A DNA stretch of 64,000 bases. Source: Flavobacteriales bacterium. GTDB lineage: Bacteria; Bacteroidota; Bacteroidia; Flavobacteriales; UBA7430. Below are positions 7,631 through 15,848 of the stretch, one piece after another. The stretch is from positions 79,544-143,543 of the forward strand of contig CBFIGX010000005.1 of NCBI GenBank assembly GCA_965662265.1, given 5' to 3'. Each line of letters starts with the position of its first letter. The stretch's first letter is position 1. The notes beneath the pieces are model-generated. The model made no database searches, was not told where the DNA came from, and worked only from the letters and a program-made list of their open reading frames with translations. Position numbers and translations under genes: made by a program.

Positions 7631-7909
7631 ATGAAAACTTTAAGCTTAGAACAAATAGACCGAATCATTGAAATGGCTTGGGAAGATCGAACCCCATTCG
7701 AAGCCATAAACATTCAATTCAATATGTCTGAATCTGAAGTCATAAAACTAATGAGAAAGACTCTAAAAGAAAGCTCTTTCAAATTATGGCGAAAGCGAGT
7801 GCATACTGGCGTAAGTAAAAAACACAGTAAAAAAAGAAGTGAAGAAATAAAGAGATTTAAATGCAGCAGACAGAAGTCTATATCGAACAACAAGATATCG
7901 AAACGGTGA
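7631..7909 (+). CDS. TIGR03643 / DUF2805 family protein (cryptochrome-associated small protein)
   Basis: MKTLSLEQIDRIIEMAWEDRTPFEAINIQFNMSESEVIKLMRKTLKESSFKLWRKRV matches my recollection of the DUF2805 core (IIEMAWEDRTPFEAI...SFKLWRKRV). Confidence 0.7.
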   Translation: MKTLSLEQIDRIIEMAWEDRTPFEAINIQFNMSESEVIKLMRKTLKESSFKLWRKRVHTGVSKKHSKKRSEEIKRFKCSRQKSISNNKISKR

Positions 7910-8997
7910 GCTTTCCCACAAATATCGACATCATCTTAAAGCGTATTTCATCTATAGAACCGATTTCTTATGGATCGACAAGGAATTTTAAAGACGGAGC
8001 AGTTACCTATCTAGGTCCGTATATCTCTCGAGGAGTAATTTCTACCAAAAAGGTGTATGATCATATCAAAACATTAGATTTAAGATGGGATAAATGTGAA
8101 AAGCTAGTTCAAGAACTTGCATGGAGAGATTATTGGCAGCAAGTATGGTGTGTGAAAAAAAAATGGATTTTTAACGACTTCAAACATTCTCAACCCGACG
8201 TAATATCTCATCAAATGCCTAGTGCAATAATACATGCTAATACTGGTATCGAGGCAGTAGACACAGCAATTAATGATCTGTATACAACCGGATATATGCA
8301 TAATCACATGCGTATGTATGTGGCTTCAATTTGCTGCAATATAGCTCGGTGTCATTGGAGTGTTCCAGCAAAATGGATGTATGCACACCTAAAAGATGGT
8401 GATTTAGCTAGTAATCATTTAAGTTGGCAGTGGGTTGCTGGAAGTAATTCCTTCAAGAAATATTATGCAAATCAAAGTAATATCAACAAATATTTTGAGA
8501 GCAATCAAAGTGGCACTTTTTTAGACTACTCTTATGAAGATTTACCAAATATAAACATCCCAAAAATACTAAAAGAAACATCAGATTTTAAACTAAAAAC
8601 TGATGTAACAGGTATTGACAAACCAACACTATTAAACGGTAAAGAGACTCTTGTATACACTTATTATAACCTGGACCCCTTTTGGTATAGAAATACAGAA
8701 ATACAAAGAGTTTTACTATTAGAGCCTTCGATATTTGAAACATATCCAGTAACAAAAAAATGCCTGGATTTTACTCTTGAATTAGCAAAAAACATAAAAG
8801 ATATTAAGATTGTTGTAGGAGAATTTAAAGACTTACAAAACAGCATTCCTAACAGTAAACTTATCTATAAAGAACACCCGCTTTTCGAACACTATTCAGG
8901 GCAGCAAGAAAACAGAGAGTGGCTGAGCTCAACTCGTGGTTACTACAGATCTTTTTTCTCATTTTGGAAAAAATGCAAAAAAGAAATCAAATGGTAA
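7861..8997 (+). CDS. Atypical photolyase/cryptochrome-family protein: FAD-binding domain at the N-terminus, alpha/beta-like region at the C-terminus
   Basis: Residues ~35-215 read [25 protein letters not shown]...[12 protein letters not shown]...[29 protein letters not shown]...[17 protein letters not shown], which are FAD_binding_7 blocks. The start could be ATG 7861 (49-nt overlap) or GTG 7906 (GTGA overlap with the upstream stop). Confidence 0.7.
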   Translation: MQQTEVYIEQQDIETVSFPTNIDIILKRISSIEPISYGSTRNFKDGAVTYLGPYISRGVISTKKVYDHIKTLDLRWDKCEKLVQELAWRDYWQQVWCVKKKWIFNDFKHSQPDVISHQMPSAIIHANTGIEAVDTAINDLYTTGYMHNHMRMYVASICCNIARCHWSVPAKWMYAHLKDGDLASNHLSWQWVAGSNSFKKYYANQSNINKYFESNQSGTFLDYSYEDLPNINIPKILKETSDFKLKTDVTGIDKPTLLNGKETLVYTYYNLDPFWYRNTEIQRVLLLEPSIFETYPVTKKCLDFTLELAKNIKDIKIVVGEFKDLQNSIPNSKLIYKEHPLFEHYSGQQENREWLSSTRGYYRSFFSFWKKCKKEIKW

Positions 8998-10478
8998 AAG
9001 AGCCTCTAAATATTGTGTGGTTAAAACGAGATTTAAGACTTCAAGATCATGCTCCTTTTTTTTATGCTGAATCCTCTAATTTCCGCTACTTACCTATCTA
9101 TATTTATGAACCTTCATTACTGATCCACCCAGACAGTTCTATGAGGCACCATCAATTTGTTTACCACTCTTTGCTTGAAATGAACACACACCTAAAGGCG
9201 TTTCAACGAGAGATTATGATATTTCATAAAGAAGCATCTGAGGTGTTCGAGATGCTTTCCAAAAAATTCCATATCAATACTGTATATTCCTACCAAGAAT
9301 CTGGAATTCGTAAAAGCTGGGAGAGAGATAATAAAATAGGACACTTATTCAAAATTAAAAATATTGTTTGGCGTGAATTCCAAAGAGATGGCATCTTAAG
9401 AGGTATTAAAAACAGAAATAATTGGGATAAGCAATGGCATAAATATATAAGCGACTCCTGTTTTGAAAACAAATATTCTCAAAATGGATATAAAAGCTTC
9501 AAAAACCCTTACCCGCTAAATGCAACATTTAAGTCCAAACTTATAGAATACCCAAGCGCATTTCAAAAAGCAGGTCAAAATTTTGCCTATGCCTATTTAA
9601 AATCTTTTTGTGAAGATCGAGGAAAACACTATGCTAAAAACATATCTAAACCTTTAGAAAGTAGAAGGTCATGTGGTCGATTGTCTCCCTATATAGCTTG
9701 GGGTAATATAAGTATAAGACAAGTTTATCAGTATGTAAAACTACATCCAAACTTCCATCATTACAAGCAAAGTTTTAGAGGTTTATTAACCCGCCTAAAA
9801 TGGCATTGTCATTTTATACAAAAGTTTGAAGTAGAATGTGACTATGAAACGAGGTGTATAAATAGAGGTTATGAGAGCATGAGTTACTCTAACAATCCTG
9901 AACTAATAAAGGCATGGAAAAATGGTAATACTGGCTTCCCTCTTATAGATGCTTGTATGCGATGTGTAAAGGAAACGGGTTGGATAAACTTTAGAATGCG
10001 TGCTATGCTAGTCTCTTTATTTTGTCATCACTTCGACTGCAATTGGAAAAAAGGAGTTTACCACCTTAGTCGTTTATTTTTAGATTACGAACCGGGTATT
10101 CACTTCACTCAATTTCAGATGCAGGCAGGTACAACTGGAATAAATACAATAAGAATGTATAACCCTGTTAAACAATCTAAAGATCACGACCCTCAAGGTA
10201 TTTTCATAAAAAGATGGGTAGAGGAATTGAAAGAGGTACCCGTAAACTTTATTCATGAACCTTGGACTATGACCGCTATGGACAAAGCATTTTTGGGTAT
10301 TAATGTTGACTACCCTCTACCAGCAATTAACCTTGTAGAAAGTGGTAGTAAAGCACGAAAAAAAATATGGGGACATCGAAAAAATGAACTTGTAAAAATT
10401 GAGAATCAAAGAATTATAAAACTACATACCAGAGCAAATGCTTCTAAGAAAAACAGATATTCACAACCTAGAACGTAA
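8991..10478 (+). CDS. Photolyase/cryptochrome-family flavoprotein, divergent subfamily (full alpha/beta + FAD-binding architecture)
   Basis: [16 protein letters not shown] (N-terminal alpha/beta domain) ... [21 protein letters not shown] ... [12 protein letters not shown] ... [31 protein letters not shown]...[39 protein letters not shown] chose ATG 8991, which sits inside the upstream ...AAATGGTAA stop context. ATG 8973 and ATG 8919 are also possible. Confidence 0.75.
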   Translation: MVKEPLNIVWLKRDLRLQDHAPFFYAESSNFRYLPIYIYEPSLLIHPDSSMRHHQFVYHSLLEMNTHLKAFQREIMIFHKEASEVFEMLSKKFHINTVYSYQESGIRKSWERDNKIGHLFKIKNIVWREFQRDGILRGIKNRNNWDKQWHKYISDSCFENKYSQNGYKSFKNPYPLNATFKSKLIEYPSAFQKAGQNFAYAYLKSFCEDRGKHYAKNISKPLESRRSCGRLSPYIAWGNISIRQVYQYVKLHPNFHHYKQSFRGLLTRLKWHCHFIQKFEVECDYETRCINRGYESMSYSNNPELIKAWKNGNTGFPLIDACMRCVKETGWINFRMRAMLVSLFCHHFDCNWKKGVYHLSRLFLDYEPGIHFTQFQMQAGTTGINTIRMYNPVKQSKDHDPQGIFIKRWVEELKEVPVNFIHEPWTMTAMDKAFLGINVDYPLPAINLVESGSKARKKIWGHRKNELVKIENQRIIKLHTRANASKKNRYSQPRT

Positions 10479-11070
10479 ATACAGATTAAACTTAATCAAT
10501 TCGATAACTGGTATTAAACCAGCGAATTTAGTTGGCACAACTTCATTAGAAGGTCGAGATAATTTAGCTATATTTTCTTCCTTAGTTCACCTAGGGTCCA
10601 ACCCTGCACAACTTGGGCTTGTAATGCGACCACAAACACATGTTAAGAAAGATACCTATACAAATATTACAAATACTGGGTATTACACTATAAACCACAT
10701 CACAGAATCGTTTACTAAAAAAGCCCATTACACCTCTGCTAAACTCGAACATGAAAGTTCTGAATTTGACGTAATGCATATCAAAAGAGAACACATTAAT
10801 GGATTTAAAGCACCCTTTGTGGCATCTAGTCCAATTAAGATAGGTATGAGTCACTTAGAAACTCTAAAGCTGCCAAATGGTTGCTTATTTATTGTTGGAG
10901 AAATTGTATTGATACAATATCCAGATGAAGTAGTGAATCATTTAGGGCAAGTAAAATTAGACCTATACAAAGGAGTAGGAATTGGCGGGTTAAACAATTA
11001 TTATCAACTAAAAAAAATAGCCTCCTACCCTTATGTTCGTGTTGATGAAATTCCTGATTTTAATGACTAA
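10438..11070 (+). CDS. Flavin reductase-like (FMN-binding split-barrel) family protein
   Basis: [51 protein letters not shown] resembles Bacteroidota flavin reductase family proteins. It overlaps the upstream gene by 41 nt. Confidence 0.55.
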   Translation: MLLRKTDIHNLERKYRLNLINSITGIKPANLVGTTSLEGRDNLAIFSSLVHLGSNPAQLGLVMRPQTHVKKDTYTNITNTGYYTINHITESFTKKAHYTSAKLEHESSEFDVMHIKREHINGFKAPFVASSPIKIGMSHLETLKLPNGCLFIVGEIVLIQYPDEVVNHLGQVKLDLYKGVGIGGLNNYYQLKKIASYPYVRVDEIPDFND

Positions 11071-11200
11071 GAGGCAATTAGAAGTTAAGATATGTGTGGT
11101 ATGTAATCTACCCTATAGCTGGCGAAAAAAATGGGAACGAGACTGGGAAAAAGTAAAATATTGTAGCGAACGCTGTAGACGAAACAAAAATAAAAAATGA
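11063..11200 (+). CDS. DUF2256 zinc-ribbon protein (45 aa), not in the supplied ORF track
   Basis: My translation is [45 protein letters not shown]. It carries CxxC...WRKKW..W..VKYCSxxCR, the DUF2256 signature as I recall it. It has an 8-nt overlap upstream and an ATGA overlap with the next gene. Confidence 0.75.
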   Translation: MTKRQLEVKICVVCNLPYSWRKKWERDWEKVKYCSERCRRNKNKK

Positions 11201-12714
11201 ATGCCGTAAACATTATTTTTCCACATCAACTATTTGAACGTAGTGTTCTATTAGAAAATGAATTCATTATTTATCTAATTGAAGAACATTTGTTTTTCAA
11301 AGAACTTTCATTTCACAAGAAAAAAATTGCTTTTCATAGGGCAAGTATGAAAAGCTATGAGCATTATCTAAAAAGTATAGGGAAGTCTGTTTATTACATT
11401 GAATCTAGCCATCAATTGGCTGATATTAGAAATTTCAAACATGAAATAGATAAGCAAGGTATCGAACAAGTCAATGTTATAGATCCTACTGATAATTGGC
11501 TACAGAAACGACTTAAAAATACTACCAAAAAATGTAGTTTAAAAGTATTCGATAGTCTTCATTTTTTGAATAGCACAGAGGATTTAAGTACTTTTTTTAG
11601 GTCCGAAAAAAAATCTTTTTTTCAAACCACTTTTTACAAAGCACAGAGAAAAAAACACAAACTACTCCTTGACTCTGATCAAAAACCTTTGGGAGGCAAA
11701 TGGACTTATGACGCAGAAAATCGAAAAAAATATCCGAAAAGTAAAACACCTCCCCAAGTAACTCGCCCAAAACCATCGAAATTTTGGGATGAAGCAGTTA
11801 CATACACCGAAACACATTTTACTTGCAACCTAGGTCAACTAGATGAAAAATGCTTTTATCCTATAGATTTTAAAGGAGCTCGAATGTGGCTAAGTGATTT
11901 TTTAAAAACAAGATTTTATGATTTTGGTGCCTATGAAGACGCAATGGTGAAAGAGAATTATATCTTACACCACAGTCTTCTGTCTCCACTTATGAATTCT
12001 GGGTTATTAACACCAAGGGAAGTCATAAACTCTAGTATTAAATATGCCGAGACAGAGAACATACCAATCAATTCTTTAGAAGGCTTTGTGCGACAGGTTA
12101 TTGGGTGGCGAGAATTTATACGAGGAATGTATATCTGTAAAGGCTCTTTTTCGAGGACTCATAATTTCTGGAAATTTAACCATCCTATACCACAATCATT
12201 GTACCGTGGCACCACAGGTATCGAGCCATTAGATCATAGTATAAAAACAGCACTAAAAACTGGTTACTGCCACCATATCGAACGTCTAATGATTTTAGGG
12301 AACTTCATGCTACTTTGCGAATTTAATCCTAATGGAGTTTACAAATGGTTTATGGAACTTTTTATAGATGCCTACGATTGGGTGATGGTTCCTAATGTAT
12401 ACGGAATGTGTTTATTTGCTGATGGAGGTACCTTTGCTACAAAACCATATATTGGAGGCTCTAATTATATTAAAAAAATGAGTAATTACAAACGTGGATC
12501 TTGGGAGAAATGTTGGGATGGCTTATTTTGGCGCTTTGTTATTAAACAAAAATCATTTTTTAAATCAAATCCTAGAACATCAATGCTAGCGTATAGCCTA
12601 GATAAAATGACACCTGAAAAGCAGGAAATACACTTGCAACATGCCAATAAGTTTATAAATAATAATTTTGTTTGGGACGACGCTATGGTTATTGAAGAAC
12701 ATGCAACGAACTAG
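11197..12714 (+). CDS. CryPro / FeS-BCP-type ((6-4) photolyase PhrB/CryB-like) photolyase-related protein
   Basis: NIIFPHQLF..., [67 protein letters not shown] and [16 protein letters not shown]...[16 protein letters not shown] all fit the COG3046 'photolyase-related protein' pattern. Confidence 0.8.
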   Translation: MNAVNIIFPHQLFERSVLLENEFIIYLIEEHLFFKELSFHKKKIAFHRASMKSYEHYLKSIGKSVYYIESSHQLADIRNFKHEIDKQGIEQVNVIDPTDNWLQKRLKNTTKKCSLKVFDSLHFLNSTEDLSTFFRSEKKSFFQTTFYKAQRKKHKLLLDSDQKPLGGKWTYDAENRKKYPKSKTPPQVTRPKPSKFWDEAVTYTETHFTCNLGQLDEKCFYPIDFKGARMWLSDFLKTRFYDFGAYEDAMVKENYILHHSLLSPLMNSGLLTPREVINSSIKYAETENIPINSLEGFVRQVIGWREFIRGMYICKGSFSRTHNFWKFNHPIPQSLYRGTTGIEPLDHSIKTALKTGYCHHIERLMILGNFMLLCEFNPNGVYKWFMELFIDAYDWVMVPNVYGMCLFADGGTFATKPYIGGSNYIKKMSNYKRGSWEKCWDGLFWRFVIKQKSFFKSNPRTSMLAYSLDKMTPEKQEIHLQHANKFINNNFVWDDAMVIEEHATN

Positions 12715-12735
12715 TATAATATTAAATCAAAAAAA

Positions 12736-13614
12736 ATGAATCGAAACACATTTTTAAAAAATAGCTTATTCACTACTCTAGCAGCACTTTTTACAAGTAA
12801 AGTGAGTATCGGAAAATCAGTATTACCTGAAAACTCTACCTATTCTCTACTCTCAAAACAAGTAGGCTTTAACCATTTACCTAATAAGGAACAAAAAACA
12901 ATGAACACAGTATTACATAAATCCAACACACGTGGTCATGCCAACCATGGCTGGCTTAACACCCACCACAGTTTTAGCTTTGCCAATTACCATAACCCAG
13001 AACGAATGAGATTTGGTGTTCTTAGAGTTCTTAACGACGATCGTGTTGAGGCCGGTAGAGGATTTGGGACACATTCACATGACAATATGGAAATTATCTC
13101 TATACCACTAGAAGGCGATTTAGAACACAAAGACAGCATGGGAAATACAGCCATAATAAAACAAGGAGATATACAGGTAATGAGTGCGGGAACAGGAATA
13201 TCACATTCTGAATTCAATAAAAATACCGATAAAGCAGTCAAGTTTCTTCAAATATGGTTGTTCCCAAACAAAATAAATGTAGTTCCTCGCTACGATCAAA
13301 TTGCGTTAAACCGTTTAGAAAAAGAAAACGAATTGTATCAAATACTATCGCCAAATAAAAATGATGATGGCGTATGGATACATCAGGATGCCTGGTTTCA
13401 TATGGGTAAATATACTAAACAACATTCTGAAACTTACGCTCTAAACAAAGAAGGAAATGGGGCGTATATCTTTATACTTAAAGGTCAGGCTGTGGTAAAT
13501 GGACAGTCGTTAACCGACAGAGATGGGATGGGTGTATGGAATACCCAAATGCTAAAACTAGAGGCTTCAACAGGAACTGAGCTTCTTGTTATGGAAGTTC
13601 CTATGAATATTTAA
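12736..13614 (+). CDS. Pirin family protein (bicupin), with a 55-aa N-terminal extension resembling an export signal
   Basis: RGHANHGWLNTHHSFSFANYHNPERMRFGVLRVLNDDRVEAGRGFGTHSHDNMEIISIPLEGDLEHKDSMGN is the classic pirin N-terminal cupin. The N-terminus is MNRNTFLKNSLFTTLAALFTSKV. An alternative start is M56 at 12901. Confidence 0.85.
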   Translation: MNRNTFLKNSLFTTLAALFTSKVSIGKSVLPENSTYSLLSKQVGFNHLPNKEQKTMNTVLHKSNTRGHANHGWLNTHHSFSFANYHNPERMRFGVLRVLNDDRVEAGRGFGTHSHDNMEIISIPLEGDLEHKDSMGNTAIIKQGDIQVMSAGTGISHSEFNKNTDKAVKFLQIWLFPNKINVVPRYDQIALNRLEKENELYQILSPNKNDDGVWIHQDAWFHMGKYTKQHSETYALNKEGNGAYIFILKGQAVVNGQSLTDRDGMGVWNTQMLKLEASTGTELLVMEVPMNI

Positions 13615-13625
13615 ACAGATATTAT

Positions 13626-14912
13626 ATGTATAAAGAAGATATTTCTGTTATATGGTTCAGAAGAGACTTAAGACTATCAGACAATCACGCCTTGTCTGAA
13701 GCGTTAAAAGGTAATTTCCCAGTGCTTCCTTTATTTATTTTTGACGAAGATATTACGGATAACCTTCCAGTTAACGATCCTAGAATTAACTTTATCCATG
13801 GCCAACTCGAATTACTAGCAAGCCGTTTATTTGAATTTGATAGTGGTATATATTGCAAAAAGGGCAAAGTCAAAAACGTATGGCAAGAACTTATATCTAA
13901 ATACAACATCAAAACTGTATATGCCAATGAAGATTACGAACCTTATGCAAAAAAAAGAGATGAAGAGATTGATCAACTATTAGCTACTTATGGCTCAAAA
14001 CTTCAATTATTTAAAGATCAAGTCATATTTGCCAAAGACGAAGTATTAAAAGCAGATAATAAGCCCTATACGGTATACACTCCGTATAAAAACAAATGGC
14101 TTAGCAATTTTAATAATTCCATGCTTGAAGCATATAAGTGGCCAGAAAATCCTAAGTTCTTTAAATTATCTTATTCAATTCCTAGCCTAGAATCCATGGG
14201 CTTTAAATCCTCATCAATTCAGGTAAAAGATTACGATATTTCGAAGCTAGATGAGTACGAGGCACAACGCAACTTTCCGGGTACAGACAAGACGAGCTAT
14301 CTCTCACCACATTTAAGATTTGGAACCATAAGTGTTAGATATATTTTTGCTCAAACCAAGCAACATGAAACCTTTAGAAACGAATTGATATGGCGAGAAT
14401 TTTTCATGCAAATCTTGTATCACTTTCCCAAGGTGGTAAATTCAAATTTTAAATCTAAATACGACCGAATTCCATGGCGCAATAATGAGCTAGAGTTTGA
14501 AAAATGGAAGGTTGGACAAACTGGATATCCAATGGTAGATGCAGGTATGCGTCAGTTAAACGCAACGGGCTATATGCATAACAGGGTTCGTATGGTAGTT
14601 GCCGGATTTTTATGTAAGCATCTCTTAATAGACTGGCGTTGGGGCGAAGCATACTTTGCAGAAAAATTGCTCGACTACGAATTATCATCCAATAACGGTA
14701 ACTGGCAATGGGCTGCCGGAACAGGCTGTGATGCAGCTCCCTATTTTAGAGTGTTTAACCCTACAGAACAGGTTAAAAAATTTGACAAACAATTGGTATA
14801 TATCAAAAAATGGGTGCCAGAATATGAAAGCTTAGAGTATCTTTCTCCTCTGGTAGAACATAAGATGGCAAGACTAAGAGCTATTAACACATACAAAACT
14901 GCCCTTTTGTAA
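13626..14912 (+). CDS. phr: Deoxyribodipyrimidine (CPD) photolyase, class I-like
   Basis: VIWFRRDLRLSDNHAL..., LSPHLRFGTISVR, LIWREFF, and GQTGYPMVDAGMRQLNATGYMHNRVRMVVAGFL..DWRWGEAYFAEKLLDYELSSNNGNWQWAAGTGCDAAPYFRVFNPTEQ closely parallel the E. coli Phr blocks. Confidence 0.88.
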   Translation: MYKEDISVIWFRRDLRLSDNHALSEALKGNFPVLPLFIFDEDITDNLPVNDPRINFIHGQLELLASRLFEFDSGIYCKKGKVKNVWQELISKYNIKTVYANEDYEPYAKKRDEEIDQLLATYGSKLQLFKDQVIFAKDEVLKADNKPYTVYTPYKNKWLSNFNNSMLEAYKWPENPKFFKLSYSIPSLESMGFKSSSIQVKDYDISKLDEYEAQRNFPGTDKTSYLSPHLRFGTISVRYIFAQTKQHETFRNELIWREFFMQILYHFPKVVNSNFKSKYDRIPWRNNELEFEKWKVGQTGYPMVDAGMRQLNATGYMHNRVRMVVAGFLCKHLLIDWRWGEAYFAEKLLDYELSSNNGNWQWAAGTGCDAAPYFRVFNPTEQVKKFDKQLVYIKKWVPEYESLEYLSPLVEHKMARLRAINTYKTALL

Positions 14913-14965
14913 TTTAGGTAGTTAATATTGGATGAATAATAGCTACTTAAGATAATATTCATTAG

Positions 14966-15000
14966 TTTTGTATAATATTATTGTATAATTTCTATACAAA
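14966..15000 (+). promoter_or_regulatory. Copy 2 of the inverted-repeat element TTTTGTATAA-N-TATACAAA (18-bp spacer)
   Basis: Sequence is ttttgtataatattattgtataatttctatacaaa. By hand alignment, 29 of 35 positions are identical to the 7512 copy. It lies 33 nt upstream of the ATG at 15032. Confidence 0.5.
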
Positions 15001-15031
15001 TTAATTGAATCTAATTTAATAAGCTACGTCT

Positions 15032-15205
15032 ATGTTTTTTTTCGGCAAATCATCTAAAACAAAAAAATTAAGAGCACAATACAAAAAGAAAATGGAGGAA
15101 TCCTTTAAGATGTCTAAGATAGACCGTAAAGCCAGTGACAAATTAATGATGGAAGCGGAAGAGATTATGCAAAAGCTTAAAAAAGAAGAAGCTAAAGACA
15201 AGTAA
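15032..15205 (+). CDS. Small lysine/glutamate-rich protein (57 aa), Lacal_2735-like family; not in the ORF track
   Basis: My translation is MFFFGKSSKTKKLRAQYKKKMEESFKMSKIDRKASDKLMMEAEEIMQKLKKEEAKDK*. It resembles the small conserved Bacteroidota protein family with pattern MFG..KK....KL...Y..L..E......RK.SD....EA. The antisense track ORF 15016..15201 is probably spurious. Confidence 0.5.
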   Translation: MFFFGKSSKTKKLRAQYKKKMEESFKMSKIDRKASDKLMMEAEEIMQKLKKEEAKDK

Positions 15206-15238
15206 TCACACTATTTATCATCAATTTCCAATACTCGT

Positions 15239-15784
15239 ATGCAACAATTTCTGCTATTCATAGCGCTCATTTTTATGCCAATTCCCTCTTCTAACCCTAT
15301 TACGATATTCGATTTCAAAAACTCTTCTGAACCAGAAAAGTGGTATATTGTCAACGATGATGTTATGGGTGGTGTTTCTACTTCTAAAATAAAAATAAAC
15401 AAGGAAGGGCATGCTGTATTTTCAGGACGTGTATCTACTGCTAACAATGGTGGGTTTGCTTCTGTACGTTACAGATTTGACCCGATATCTACTATTGGTT
15501 GTGCCAAAATATTGTTAAGAGTTAAAGGGGATGAAAAACCTTATCAATTAAGAGTAAAATCAAGTGCATCTGATTACTATTCTTATGTCTGTTCATTTGA
15601 AACATCTAAGGACTGGGAGTTAATAGAAGTTAATTTGAAAGATATGTATCCCAGCTTCCGTGGAATGAAATTACCCATGGGAAATTTTGATGAGACGTCT
15701 ATTGAAGAGCTATCTATATTGATTGGTAACAAGAAAGATGAATCATTTGAGTTATTCATCGATCATATTAAATTAGGAAATTAA
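15239..15784 (+). CDS. CIA30 (complex I intermediate-associated protein 30-like) family protein
   Basis: WYIVNDDVMGGVSTSKIKINKEGHAVFSGRVSTANNGGFASVRYRF is the characteristic CIA30 N-terminal block. Confidence 0.75.
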   Translation: MQQFLLFIALIFMPIPSSNPITIFDFKNSSEPEKWYIVNDDVMGGVSTSKIKINKEGHAVFSGRVSTANNGGFASVRYRFDPISTIGCAKILLRVKGDEKPYQLRVKSSASDYYSYVCSFETSKDWELIEVNLKDMYPSFRGMKLPMGNFDETSIEELSILIGNKKDESFELFIDHIKLGN

Positions 15785-15795
15785 CGTAGAAGTAT

Positions 15796-15824
15796 AAAAA
15801 AGCCACCTTAAAGGTGGCTTTTTT
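15796..15824. terminator. Bidirectional intrinsic terminator hairpin between convergent genes
   Basis: Sequence is aaaaaAGCCACCttaaGGTGGCTttttt. It has a perfect stem flanked by an A-run and a T-run. Confidence 0.8.
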
Positions 15825-15848
15825 CTTATTGAGCTTATAGGTATATTC

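Noticed and set aside
7593-7634. A 13-codon upstream ORF (MKKCVKKQVTPHL*) whose TGA overlaps the ATG of the DUF2805 gene (ATGA), which could be a leader peptide for the photolyase operon.
   Set aside because: It is too short to evaluate from sequence alone, and there is no evidence of conservation or of an attenuator structure. It could easily be chance in AT-rich DNA. It is worth a look only if ribosome profiling is available.
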